Assembly (NCBI GenBank): GCA_963764715.1
Contig: CAVXTP010000012.1
Coordinates: 96,747-160,746 of the forward strand
Direction: 5' to 3'
Length of the DNA: 64,000 bases
Source: an uncultured Acidobacteriota bacterium
GTDB lineage: Bacteria; Acidobacteriota; Thermoanaerobaculia; UBA5066; Gp7-AA6
The notes beneath the pieces are model-generated. The model was not told where the DNA came from. It did no database searches and saw nothing but the letters and a program-made list of their open reading frames with translations. Shown piece by piece: positions 18,811 to 28,477 of the stretch. The number at the start of each line of letters is the position of its first letter. Within the stretch, counting starts at the first letter, position 1. Position numbers and translations under genes: made by a program.

Positions 18811-19608
18811 ATGAACACCCAACAGGAGAGAGACGCAAGCCCCGGCCTTCGAGGATTCGAAGCGTCCTCGCTGAAGTGCTGCTGGATGATCGCCGGGATC
18901 GTCGACTACAAGCTCTGCGACCGGGACTACGAGTGCGACGACTGCGGCTTCGACCGGGCGATGCGAAACCCGGGACGCCTCGCCGCCGCGGCCGGACTCG
19001 CTCGGTGCCCCTCGGCGGCCGCCGCCACCGAGTCACTTCTCTTCCACCCCCGCCACGTCTGGGCCCGGTTCGAAACGGGAGGCCGCGTTCGGACGGGCCT
19101 CGACGATTTCGGACGGCGCCTGGCCGGGCGCATCTACTGCGTTGCGCTTCCCGAGCCGGGGACGCGAATCGCCGCGGGCGAGCCCGCCTGGACCTTCGTC
19201 CATTGCGACGGAGAGGTCTCGGTGGCCGCGCCGGTCTCGGGGATCGTGGCCGAAACGAACGAGAGGCTTCGCCACCAGCCGTCGCTGGTGAACGAGGATC
19301 CCTACGGCGCGGGCTGGACGGTCGTCCTGACTCCCACCGACCTCGGCGCCGACCTGCGGGATCTGTGTTTCGGCGCCGAGACCGCGCCCTGGATCGCCGA
19401 GGAGTCTGAAAAGCTGAGTCGTGAGCTGACGAGTGCGGGCGAGTCGCTCCCGACTCTCATGGACGGTGGATGTCTCGTCGACGACCTCCACCAGGCCATC
19501 CCTGCCGAAGCCCGTTCCCGAATCCTGGACCTTTTCCTGTCCGCTAACAAGAGCCGTCCGTCCGATCCTCCGACCACGGGTTCGGCCGGCGACGCAGAAG
19601 GGAGATGA
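18811..19608 (+). CDS. GcvH-fold protein with a Cys-rich N-terminal domain and no lipoyl lysine
   Basis: CCWMIAG..YKLCDRDYECDDC, FHPRHVW, RTGLDDF, APVSG, PSLVNEDPYGAGW. Confidence 0.85.
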   Translation: MNTQQERDASPGLRGFEASSLKCCWMIAGIVDYKLCDRDYECDDCGFDRAMRNPGRLAAAAGLARCPSAAAATESLLFHPRHVWARFETGGRVRTGLDDFGRRLAGRIYCVALPEPGTRIAAGEPAWTFVHCDGEVSVAAPVSGIVAETNERLRHQPSLVNEDPYGAGWTVVLTPTDLGADLRDLCFGAETAPWIAEESEKLSRELTSAGESLPTLMDGGCLVDDLHQAIPAEARSRILDLFLSANKSRPSDPPTTGSAGDAEGR

Positions 19609-20282
19609 TCGTCATGGTCGCCATTCTCGTCGTTCTCTTCATCCTTCTCATGCTGGCGATCGATTCGCTGGTTCATCGCAACGAAGCGGCGCCCCTGGTC
19701 CAGCCGGTCCGACGGCAGATCGCGCTACCCGCCGGTCTGTTCCTCGATTCCGGCCACACCTGGACCGCCCTGGAGCCGTCCGGCCGGATCCGTGTGGGGC
19801 TCGACGACCTCGTGCGCGGCGCGGTCGGCCGCATCGACAAGCTGGAGCTGCCGGAGCCGGGAACCGAGGTGAAGCGCGGCCAGCCGCTCTTCGCGCTCGT
19901 CCAGGGAGGCCGCCGTGCGGCTCTCCTCTCCCCCGTCGACGGCGTGGTGCGCTCCGTCAACCCGCTTCTCGCCGAGACGGCGGGCCCCGTGGCGGCGGAC
20001 CCCTACTACAGAGGATGGGTCTGCGCGCTTTCGCCGAAGAACCTGGGCGCCTCCCTGCGCCGCCTGAAGGTGGCGGAAGAGGCCGTCGAGTGGCTGCGCG
20101 CCGAGCGCGGCCGCTTCGAGAAGTTCGTCGCCGCCCAGGCGTGGCGCGCTCCGGTGCCCGGAATGGCGATGGCGGACGGCGGGAAGCCTGCCGACGGCGT
20201 GCTCGGACACCTCGACGACGAAGCCTGGGCGACCTTCGGCCGGGACTTCCTCGTGCCGGAGGATCCGCCGGTCGCGGAGTGA
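19605..20282 (+). CDS. Membrane-anchored GcvH-fold protein with no lipoyl lysine
   Basis: N-terminal hydrophobic helix, GHTW, RVGLDD, SPVDG, DPYYRGW. Confidence 0.85.
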   Translation: MIVMVAILVVLFILLMLAIDSLVHRNEAAPLVQPVRRQIALPAGLFLDSGHTWTALEPSGRIRVGLDDLVRGAVGRIDKLELPEPGTEVKRGQPLFALVQGGRRAALLSPVDGVVRSVNPLLAETAGPVAADPYYRGWVCALSPKNLGASLRRLKVAEEAVEWLRAERGRFEKFVAAQAWRAPVPGMAMADGGKPADGVLGHLDDEAWATFGRDFLVPEDPPVAE

Positions 20283-20312
20283 TGGTGACGGGTTGGAGGT
20301 GAGAGAAGAGCC

Positions 20313-21101
20313 ATGATCACGAACCCAGAGAGAAAGGCCCTCCTTCTCGACACCACGCGCTGCATCGGCTGCGGAGCCTGTTCCCAAGCCTGCAAGGAGC
20401 GGAACAGGCTCCCCCGCACTTCGGAGGACGTTCTGACGGACAAGCTGTCCGACAGGACGTTCACCGTCGTCAATCGTCAAGGGTCGCGCTTCGTGCGGCG
20501 GTTGTGCATGCATTGCGAGGTCCCGAGCTGCGTTTCGGCCTGCCCGGTCGGCGCGTTCCAGAAGACCGCCGCCGGTCCGGTCGTGTACGACGAGAACCGG
20601 TGCATGGGCTGTCGCTACTGCATGCTGGCCTGCCCGTTCAACGTGCCGAAGTACGAGTGGGGCAAGACCCTGCCGCGGGTCCGCAAGTGCGACATGTGCG
20701 CGGAGCGTCTGGCCCAGGGGCTGGCCACCGCGTGCGCCACGGCCTGCCCGACGGGGGCCACGAAGTTCGGCACCCGCGCCGCGCTCCTCGCCGAGGCGCG
20801 CGCCCGCATCGCGGCCGAGCCGAACCGCTACTACGACTACGTGTACGGGGTGGAGGAGGTGGGGGGCACGTCGGTGCTCATCATCTCCGATGTCCGGCCG
20901 GACCAGCTCGGGCTGCGGACCGACCTGGTCAACGAGCCCCCTGCGATGCTGACCTGGCGGGTGCTGAACAAGATTCCCAACGTCGTGGCCATGGCCGGCC
21001 TGGTCCTCGGCGGGGTTTACTGGATCACCAAGCGGAGCGACGAGGTCGCCCGCGCCGAGGTGCAGGGCACGCAGGGGCCCGACGCCGGTGACGCGCCGTG
21101 A
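20313..21101 (+). CDS. HybA/NrfC/FdnH-like 4x[4Fe-4S] electron-transfer subunit with a C-terminal TM helix
   Basis: CIGCGACSQAC, CMHC..PSCVSACP, CMGCRYCMLACP, KCDMC..ACATACP; no Tat signal. Confidence 0.92.
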   Translation: MITNPERKALLLDTTRCIGCGACSQACKERNRLPRTSEDVLTDKLSDRTFTVVNRQGSRFVRRLCMHCEVPSCVSACPVGAFQKTAAGPVVYDENRCMGCRYCMLACPFNVPKYEWGKTLPRVRKCDMCAERLAQGLATACATACPTGATKFGTRAALLAEARARIAAEPNRYYDYVYGVEEVGGTSVLIISDVRPDQLGLRTDLVNEPPAMLTWRVLNKIPNVVAMAGLVLGGVYWITKRSDEVARAEVQGTQGPDAGDAP

Positions 21102-21114
21102 GCGGAGGTGCTCG

Positions 21115-22716
21115 ATGAGAAGGCTCGCGCTTCCACGTCTCACGTTCTGGCGGTCCGTCCTGGTCGTTCTTCTCGTCGCCGGGTTCTACGGCGCGTTCGT
21201 CCGTTTCTTCCGCGGGCTCGGCGCGTCGACGAACCTCTCCGATGCCTTCCCCTGGGGTCTCTGGGTCGGCTTCGACATCCTCTGCGGCGTCGCGCTGGCC
21301 GCCGGCGGCTTCACCGTCAGCGCCATCGTCTACATCTTCCGTCTCGAGCGCTTCCGCCCGATCGTCCGACCCGCGATCCTGACCGCGTTCCTCGGCTACA
21401 TGCTGGTCATCGGCGCCCTCCTCTTCGACCTGGGGCGGCCGAATCGCGTGTGGCACCCCCTGATCATGTGGAACCCGCACTCGGTCATGTTCGAGGTCGG
21501 CTGGTGCGTGACCCTGTATTCGATCGTGCTCGCGCTCGAGTTCAGCCCGATGGTCTTCGAGCGGTTCCGCATGAAGCGCGCGTTGAAGGTCGTTCACTTC
21601 GTCATGCTGCCGCTGGTCGTGATGGGCGTGCTCCTGTCGACCCTGCACCAGAGCTCGCTCGGATCCTTCTATCTGATCGTTCCCTCCAAGCTCTACCCGC
21701 TCTGGTACACGCCCTGGCTCCCGGTCTTCTTCTTCCTGACCGCGCTGATGCTGGGCTGCGCGATGACCATCGTCGAGTCCTTCATCAGCGCCAGGGCGTT
21801 CAAGAAGGAGATCGAGATGGGTCTCCTCGCCGACCTCGGCAAGGTGACCCTGGTGCTGGTCGGCGTCAACCTCCTGGCCAAATACCAGGACCTCTCGGCC
21901 CGTGGGGTTCTGCGGCTGGCCATCCAGCCGAGCTACGAGGGGCGGCTCTTCCTGGCCGAGGTCCTCATGGGGTTGATCGCCCCCGCCCTGCTGCTCGCGG
22001 TTCCGGCGATCCGCAAGAGCCCGCGCGGCCTCTTCTCCGCGGCGCTCTTAGTCGTCCTCGGGGTCATCATGAACCGCCTGAACGTCTCCATCACCGGCAT
22101 GGAACGCTCGTCCGGAGTCTCCTACGTGCCGAGCTGGACCGAGGTATCGGTCACGCTGATGGTCGTGGGGACCGGCTTCGCGCTCTTCACCCTGGCGGCC
22201 AGGTACCTTCCGGTTTTCCAGCACGACACGAAGGCGCCGCAACCGGAGACCGACTGGGCTGACTCGAGGCCTCTCCGCGGGTTCCGGTTCGCCCTGACCG
22301 CCGCGGCGGCGAGCCTGGCCGGTCTCCTCTTTGTCAGCGCCATCGGCTTGACCTGGGACGGCGTGATGCGGCGGGAGCCCCCTCCCCCCCGGCCCGTCGC
22401 TCAGAACCCCTCCGAGCAGCAGAAAGCCTGGGCGCGAAGCAGTTTCCGGATGCCACCGGACGTGACCTTCCCACAAGCGCCCGACAGCCCGGCGCCCGTC
22501 ACCTTCCGGCATGCCTCTCACGTGGACGCCACCGCCCCGGACTGCCTCGGCTGCCATCGCGGGGATTTCTCGTTCCTGAAGGCCGCATCGCCGCGAAAGC
22601 CGGCCGCGTCCGGCGCCATGCATCAGATGTGCGGCCAGTGTCACGACGGCACGTCCGCGTTCTCCGTCGAAGCGGACTGCGAGAACTGCCACGGAGGGAC
22701 CGCTGCCAAGGAGTGA
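21115..22716 (+). CDS. NrfD/HybB-like integral membrane subunit fused to a c7-type triheme cytochrome
   Basis: TNLSD..PWGLW, DLGRP, LSTLHQSSLG, ~10 TM helices; C-terminal FRHASH, CLGCH, CGQCH, CENCH. Confidence 0.9.
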   Translation: MRRLALPRLTFWRSVLVVLLVAGFYGAFVRFFRGLGASTNLSDAFPWGLWVGFDILCGVALAAGGFTVSAIVYIFRLERFRPIVRPAILTAFLGYMLVIGALLFDLGRPNRVWHPLIMWNPHSVMFEVGWCVTLYSIVLALEFSPMVFERFRMKRALKVVHFVMLPLVVMGVLLSTLHQSSLGSFYLIVPSKLYPLWYTPWLPVFFFLTALMLGCAMTIVESFISARAFKKEIEMGLLADLGKVTLVLVGVNLLAKYQDLSARGVLRLAIQPSYEGRLFLAEVLMGLIAPALLLAVPAIRKSPRGLFSAALLVVLGVIMNRLNVSITGMERSSGVSYVPSWTEVSVTLMVVGTGFALFTLAARYLPVFQHDTKAPQPETDWADSRPLRGFRFALTAAAASLAGLLFVSAIGLTWDGVMRREPPPPRPVAQNPSEQQKAWARSSFRMPPDVTFPQAPDSPAPVTFRHASHVDATAPDCLGCHRGDFSFLKAASPRKPAASGAMHQMCGQCHDGTSAFSVEADCENCHGGTAAKE

Positions 22717-22870
22717 ACCGGATGCGCGCCGTGCCTCGCCGGGCGGGGACCGGTCCCCGGCCGGGAAGGTCTCGTCCGACTCGACCGCCACGGTCGATTC
22801 GGGAGCGCTCGACACGGCCGCCTCCTCCCGGGTACGGCTCTTCCACCCCCGGAGTCTCAGCGTCAAGCTG

Positions 22871-24484
22871 GTGCTCTACCTGGTGGCCGGCCTGGGGCTG
22901 GTCTTCGGGCTCATTGGCTGGCAGCACACCCGCCTCCATCGCCGGGACCTCGAGGAGCGGACGTTCGCCGCCGCCGACCGGATCAGCGAGACGATCAAGC
23001 GCAGCGCCCGCTACAGCATGCTGAACAACCACCGCGACGAGGTCTACCACATCATCACGACGATCGGCGCCCAGCCCGGCATCGGGCGCATCCGGATCTA
23101 CAACGAGCAGGGGCGGATCAGCTTCTCGACCGACGAGCACGAGGTGGGCACCTTCGTGGACAAGAGAGTCGAGGCCTGCGTTTCCTGCCATGCCCAGGAG
23201 CAGCCGCTGACGCGCCTGAACCGGCCCGACCGCCTGAGGATCTTCCGCAACGAGAAAGGGGAGCGGCTGGCCGGCTTGATCAACCCGATCGAGAACGAAC
23301 CGAGCTGCTGGAAGGCGGCGTGCCACGCGCATCCCGCCGACCAGCAGGTCCTCGGCGTCCTCGACGTCACGGTTCCCCTGGCCAGCCTCGACGAGACGAT
23401 CGTACGCGGCGCACGGCGCATGGTGGGCAACACGGCCATCGGCATCGGCGTCGTCTCGCTTCTGGCGGGCGTCCTCACATGGCTCGTGGTGCAGAAGCCG
23501 GTGACCCGCCTCGTCCGCGGCACTCGCCGGGTGGCCCAGGGCGACCTCGACGCGAAGATCCCGGTCGATTCGCGCGATGAGCTGGGACTGCTGGCCCGCT
23601 CGTTCAACCTGATGACGGAAGACCTGCGCCACGCCCGCGACGAGCTCAACGGCTGGACGCAGACCCTGGAGAGCCGCGTCGAGGAGAAGACCGCCGAGCT
23701 GAAGAGCGTGCACCAGCAGATGCTGCAGGTCGAGAGGATGACCTCCATCGGAAAGCTGGCGGCGATCGTGGCCCACGAAATCAACAACCCGCTGGCGGGG
23801 ATCCACACCTATGCCCGCCTGTTGATGAAGCAGGCGGACCGCGGCGACCTGAGTCTGGACCAGGCGCGGGAGAACCTCGCGGTCATCGCGTCGGAGTCCG
23901 CCCGCTGCGGCGAGATCGTCAAGGGGCTGCTGCAGTTCGCCAGCCCCAACGCTCAGACCGAGATGACGCCCAATGACATCAATGAGACGGTGCGACAGTC
24001 CCTCCGGCTGGTCGACCACAAGATGGCCTTGATGGCGCTGCGGACGCGGGTCGACCTCGCTCCCGACCTCCCGGCCGTCGCCTGCAACAAGCAACAGGTG
24101 ATCCAGGCGCTCGTCGCCCTGCTGATCAACGCGTGCGAGGCGATGACGCCCAATGAGGGGGAGCTCGAGGTGACGACCCGGGCGGTGACCGGCACCGGCG
24201 GCCGCGCCGGCGTGCAGATCCGCGTGCGCGACAACGGCTCCGGGATGGACGCCGAGACGCGGACCCGCATCTTCGAGCCGTTCTTCACGACGAAGCGCGG
24301 CGAGAAGAGTCTCGGAGTTGGTCTGGCGGTGGTGATGAGCATCCTGACCCGGCACCTGGGCGAGATCGAGGTCGACTCCGCTCCGGGAGCGGGGACGACA
24401 TTCACGCTGCGGTTCTTCGAGCGGCCCGGAGGGGACGCGGGTGTCCCGTTCGAGCCGGCGGCCGCGGCGCCGGAACGGACATAG
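22871..24484 (+). CDS. HAMP sensor histidine kinase with heme-c-like motifs in the periplasmic domain; true start probably upstream
   Basis: CVSCH and CWKAACH between TM helices; AHEINNPL H-box; DNGSGM, FEPFFTTK. Confidence 0.9.
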   Translation: MLYLVAGLGLVFGLIGWQHTRLHRRDLEERTFAAADRISETIKRSARYSMLNNHRDEVYHIITTIGAQPGIGRIRIYNEQGRISFSTDEHEVGTFVDKRVEACVSCHAQEQPLTRLNRPDRLRIFRNEKGERLAGLINPIENEPSCWKAACHAHPADQQVLGVLDVTVPLASLDETIVRGARRMVGNTAIGIGVVSLLAGVLTWLVVQKPVTRLVRGTRRVAQGDLDAKIPVDSRDELGLLARSFNLMTEDLRHARDELNGWTQTLESRVEEKTAELKSVHQQMLQVERMTSIGKLAAIVAHEINNPLAGIHTYARLLMKQADRGDLSLDQARENLAVIASESARCGEIVKGLLQFASPNAQTEMTPNDINETVRQSLRLVDHKMALMALRTRVDLAPDLPAVACNKQQVIQALVALLINACEAMTPNEGELEVTTRAVTGTGGRAGVQIRVRDNGSGMDAETRTRIFEPFFTTKRGEKSLGVGLAVVMSILTRHLGEIEVDSAPGAGTTFTLRFFERPGGDAGVPFEPAAAAPERT

Positions 24485-24493
24485 GAGGAAGCG

Positions 24494-25861
<1,368 letters not shown>

Positions 25862-25880
25862 GCGAATCGAGGTCCCGCGC

Positions 25881-26405
25881 ATGCCGAACATCCAGCTCGT
25901 CGCCGTCGGAAGGGTGGAGCCGGCGATCCTCGACTACCTCGCGCTGGTTCTTCCCGAGAGCGCCGGCGGCCGGGCCACTCTCTCCCGCCAGGCGATCGAC
26001 CCTCGCGAGGCGTTCGATCCGGCCCGCCAGCAGTTCCACTCCACGTGGATCCTGACTCGTCTGGCCGGCCTGGCCAGGAACCACGGCGAGCGAGTCGTCG
26101 GCGTGGCCGACGTCGATCTTTTCATCCCGATCTTCACTTTCGTCTTCGGCGAGGCGCAGCTCGGGGGGGCGGCGGCCCTCTTCTCCGCCACCCGCCTCCG
26201 GCAGGAGTTCTACGGCCTCCCGGCCGACGAGGTCCTCTTCTACGAACGCTGCGAGAAGGAGGCCCTGCACGAGCTGGGACATACGCTCGGGCTCGTCCAC
26301 TGTCCCATCCACTCCTGCGTGATGCACTTCGCCAACTCGATCGAGGAGGTCGACCTGAGGAGCGCCGTCTGGTGCCCGGAGTGCGACGCGAAGCGGTCGC
26401 TCTAA
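25881..26405 (+). CDS. Archaemetzincin-family Zn metalloprotease
   Basis: [12 protein letters not shown]....CVM...CPEC; FVFGEA. Confidence 0.9.
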   Translation: MPNIQLVAVGRVEPAILDYLALVLPESAGGRATLSRQAIDPREAFDPARQQFHSTWILTRLAGLARNHGERVVGVADVDLFIPIFTFVFGEAQLGGAAALFSATRLRQEFYGLPADEVLFYERCEKEALHELGHTLGLVHCPIHSCVMHFANSIEEVDLRSAVWCPECDAKRSL

Positions 26406-26565
26406 AGGTCTGCCTGGAGGCGGTATCGGGCAAATGAAACTTGCCGTGGAAAACCTCAGGCCGGTTTTGGGAATCCGCCTTGAACTCGGATTTGAACTCG
26501 CGGCGCTGGTCGGCATGAAGCCCGGCAGGACGCCGGGCCTAACTCTCTGGGACTTCAGGAATTGT

Positions 26566-26640
26566 TGGAGCGGGAAACGGGGATCGAACCCGCGACTTCC
26601 ACCTTGGCAAGGTGGCGCTCTACCGCTGAGCTATTCCCGC
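26566..26640 (-). tRNA. tRNA-Gly(GCC)
   Basis: GCGGGAATAGCTCAGCGGTAGAGCGCCACCTTGCCAAGGTGGAAGTCGCGGGTTCGATCCCCGTTTCCCGCTCCA cloverleaf with encoded CCA. Confidence 0.97.
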
Positions 26641-26707
26641 TCGGGGAGGCGAAGGATAGCCGACCCCCGGGCCGTGGGTCAAGAAAGCGGAAAGGGCGGG
26701 CCGGAGG

Positions 26708-27427
26708 CTATTCGAGGTCTCCGGGAGCGGCGTGAAGGTCGCCCGCGGTTCCGCCGCAGTGGGCGCAGACCCGAAGGCTCGCGCCCCCGAATTTCTTCTC
26801 CTCGGCGCACTCCTCGCAGAGCGGCCGGCCGGTATCGGCGCACTGAAAGTGGGCGACGCGGTCCGTGTGCGCGGGGCAGACCGGCGGGGGCGTGATGCGG
26901 GCGGTTCTGCGGAGCTCGAACAGGGACTTGAGCTCCGGGATCGAGTCCGCGCGGGCGGCGACGTCGGTTCCGACGGCCACGAGGTCGCCCTCGTTGATCG
27001 CGGCCGTCCGGATCAGCGTGCGCATCGCGCGGCGGTCGAACTCGTCGTGCTCGAAGCCTTTCTTCTGGACGCGATAGGTCTTCCCCGACTCCGTGCCCGT
27101 CCCGTCCATCGGGTCGGCCGGCGGCGTCCGGGGCCTCGCGGGAGGCGCCGGAGCGGAAGCGCTGGCGACGGGCGGCGCGGGCGCGGCGGCCGGCGGACGA
27201 GTCGGGGGCGGAGGGGGCGGGGCCGCGCCGGACCCTCCCCCGTCGGCCTGGAGACGGATGTAGACCCGGGCCTCGTCGCGCGACGGAAAATCCATCGCCT
27301 TCGCGCACTTCGGGCAACTGAACCGGGCCTGGACGGGAGGGATCTTGGCGAGGCTGATCGAGAAGCTGCCCGAGCAGCTGGGACACGAGAAGGTGTAGCG
27401 AAGATCCTCGTCGTTGACGGCGCTCAT
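26708..27427 (-). CDS. Zinc-ribbon / B-box-like hypothetical protein
   Basis: CPSC..CPKC ribbon, Pro/Ala linker, CPAH..C..LCEEC..CAHC. Confidence 0.75.
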   Translation of the reverse strand: MSAVNDEDLRYTFSCPSCSGSFSISLAKIPPVQARFSCPKCAKAMDFPSRDEARVYIRLQADGGGSGAAPPPPPPTRPPAAAPAPPVASASAPAPPARPRTPPADPMDGTGTESGKTYRVQKKGFEHDEFDRRAMRTLIRTAAINEGDLVAVGTDVAARADSIPELKSLFELRRTARITPPPVCPAHTDRVAHFQCADTGRPLCEECAEEKKFGGASLRVCAHCGGTAGDLHAAPGDLE

Positions 27428-27462
27428 TGAGGGCGGATGGATTTTAGCACGCGCGAACGCGT

Positions 27463-27870
27463 TCACGGCCGGCCACGACGCGCCTCGGGCATCGGGAACG
27501 CGTCCGGGAAGATCGTGACTTCGGGGCGCCCGCCCGCGTCGAGGACCGCGACGACGTCGAAACGACAGCGCGTCGAGGGCCCCAGGCGGCGCCGGCGGAG
27601 GTACTCCTGCGCCGCGCGAGCGATGCGCCGCTGCTTGGCTTTCGTCACGGCCTCGGCCGGCGGACCGAACCCGGTCCCGCGCCGGCCCTTGACCTCGACG
27701 AAGCAGAGCACGCCGCCGTGCGTCGCGACGATGTCGATCTCGCCCGTGCGGCCGCGGTAGTTGCGCTCGCGAACGACGTACCCGGCGGCCTCGAGACGCC
27801 GGGCGGCGAGCTCCTCCCAGCGTTGCCCGGCTCCGCGGGTGCCGCGGTATCGAGGGGGGCGGCCGCGCAT
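27463..27870 (-). CDS. yraN: YraN/UPF0102 nuclease-fold protein
   Basis: RNYR...GEIDIVA, FVEVKGR, EAVT..KQ, RFDVV. Confidence 0.9.
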   Translation of the reverse strand: MRGRPPRYRGTRGAGQRWEELAARRLEAAGYVVRERNYRGRTGEIDIVATHGGVLCFVEVKGRRGTGFGPPAEAVTKAKQRRIARAAQEYLRRRRLGPSTRCRFDVVAVLDAGGRPEVTIFPDAFPMPEARRGRP

Positions 27871-27945
27871 GACCGCCGCGAGCAGATGATCGAGCAGCCG
27901 CCGGGGAGTCACGACGGGACCCCGGCGCTCGGTGAACCCGCCCCG

Positions 27946-28215
27946 CTACTCCCGGACCCGAGAGCGGAGCGGAAACCTCTCCGGGTGCTCGATCGACTCG
28001 ACCGACAGGTCGACGTCCAGATCGGGCCAGCGCAGGTGGTCCTCGCTCGGCCTCTCGACGTGGACGATCGCCGCGACCGACGCATCCGAGAACCAGGGAA
28101 ACTCCGCGAACGGCACGAAAAGCTCGCGGCCATCGAGCAGAATCCAGAATCCCTGCGGGGAGATGTTCTGGACTTCAACCCGTGAAGTGGCGGCGCCAAG
28201 CTTGTCGAACCTCAT
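27946..28215 (-). CDS. DUF2442 protein, putative TA-module partner
   Basis: NISPQGFW, ELFVPFAEFPWF, HLRWPDLDVDLS...IEHPERFPL. Confidence 0.85.
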   Translation of the reverse strand: MRFDKLGAATSRVEVQNISPQGFWILLDGRELFVPFAEFPWFSDASVAAIVHVERPSEDHLRWPDLDVDLSVESIEHPERFPLRSRVRE

Positions 28216-28414
28216 CCTGACGCTCCTCGAGAATACGGACGATTCTAGCAACCTCCCTCTCCGTGAAACCGAAGTTGGCGGCGAGCTCGATTGCGGGCTC
28301 CATCCAGAACTTCGCTTCTCCCTCGGGAGACCGCACGTGCACATGCATCCTGGCCTCCTCTCGGGAGAAGAAGAAGACTCGTATCGCGCCCTCCCAGAAG
28401 ACCGTAGGGCTCAG
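28175..28414 (-). CDS. DUF4160 protein with a CTG start (absent from the ORF track)
   Basis: Hand translation (M)SPTVFWEGAIRVFFFSREEARMHVHVRSPEGEAKFWMEP...QAWRRHFTG; AGGAGG 6 nt before the CTG. Confidence 0.85.
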   Translation of the reverse strand: MSPTVFWEGAIRVFFFSREEARMHVHVRSPEGEAKFWMEPAIELAANFGFTEREVARIVRILEERQDEVRQAWRRHFTG

Positions 28415-28477
28415 GGGCGCCCTCCTACCTCCTTATTGTCGCGAGACGGGTCGGCCGACGGGATTTCGGGGAGTGCC

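Noticed and set aside
18811-20282. Glycine cleavage system or LbpA/sHdr sulfur-oxidation system
   Set aside because: No lipoyl lysine, and no gcvP/gcvT, sHdr or lipoylation genes in the window
20313-22716. Hydrogenase-2 (hybAB) or nitrite reductase operon
   Set aside because: No hydrogenase large or small subunit, maturases or NrfA present
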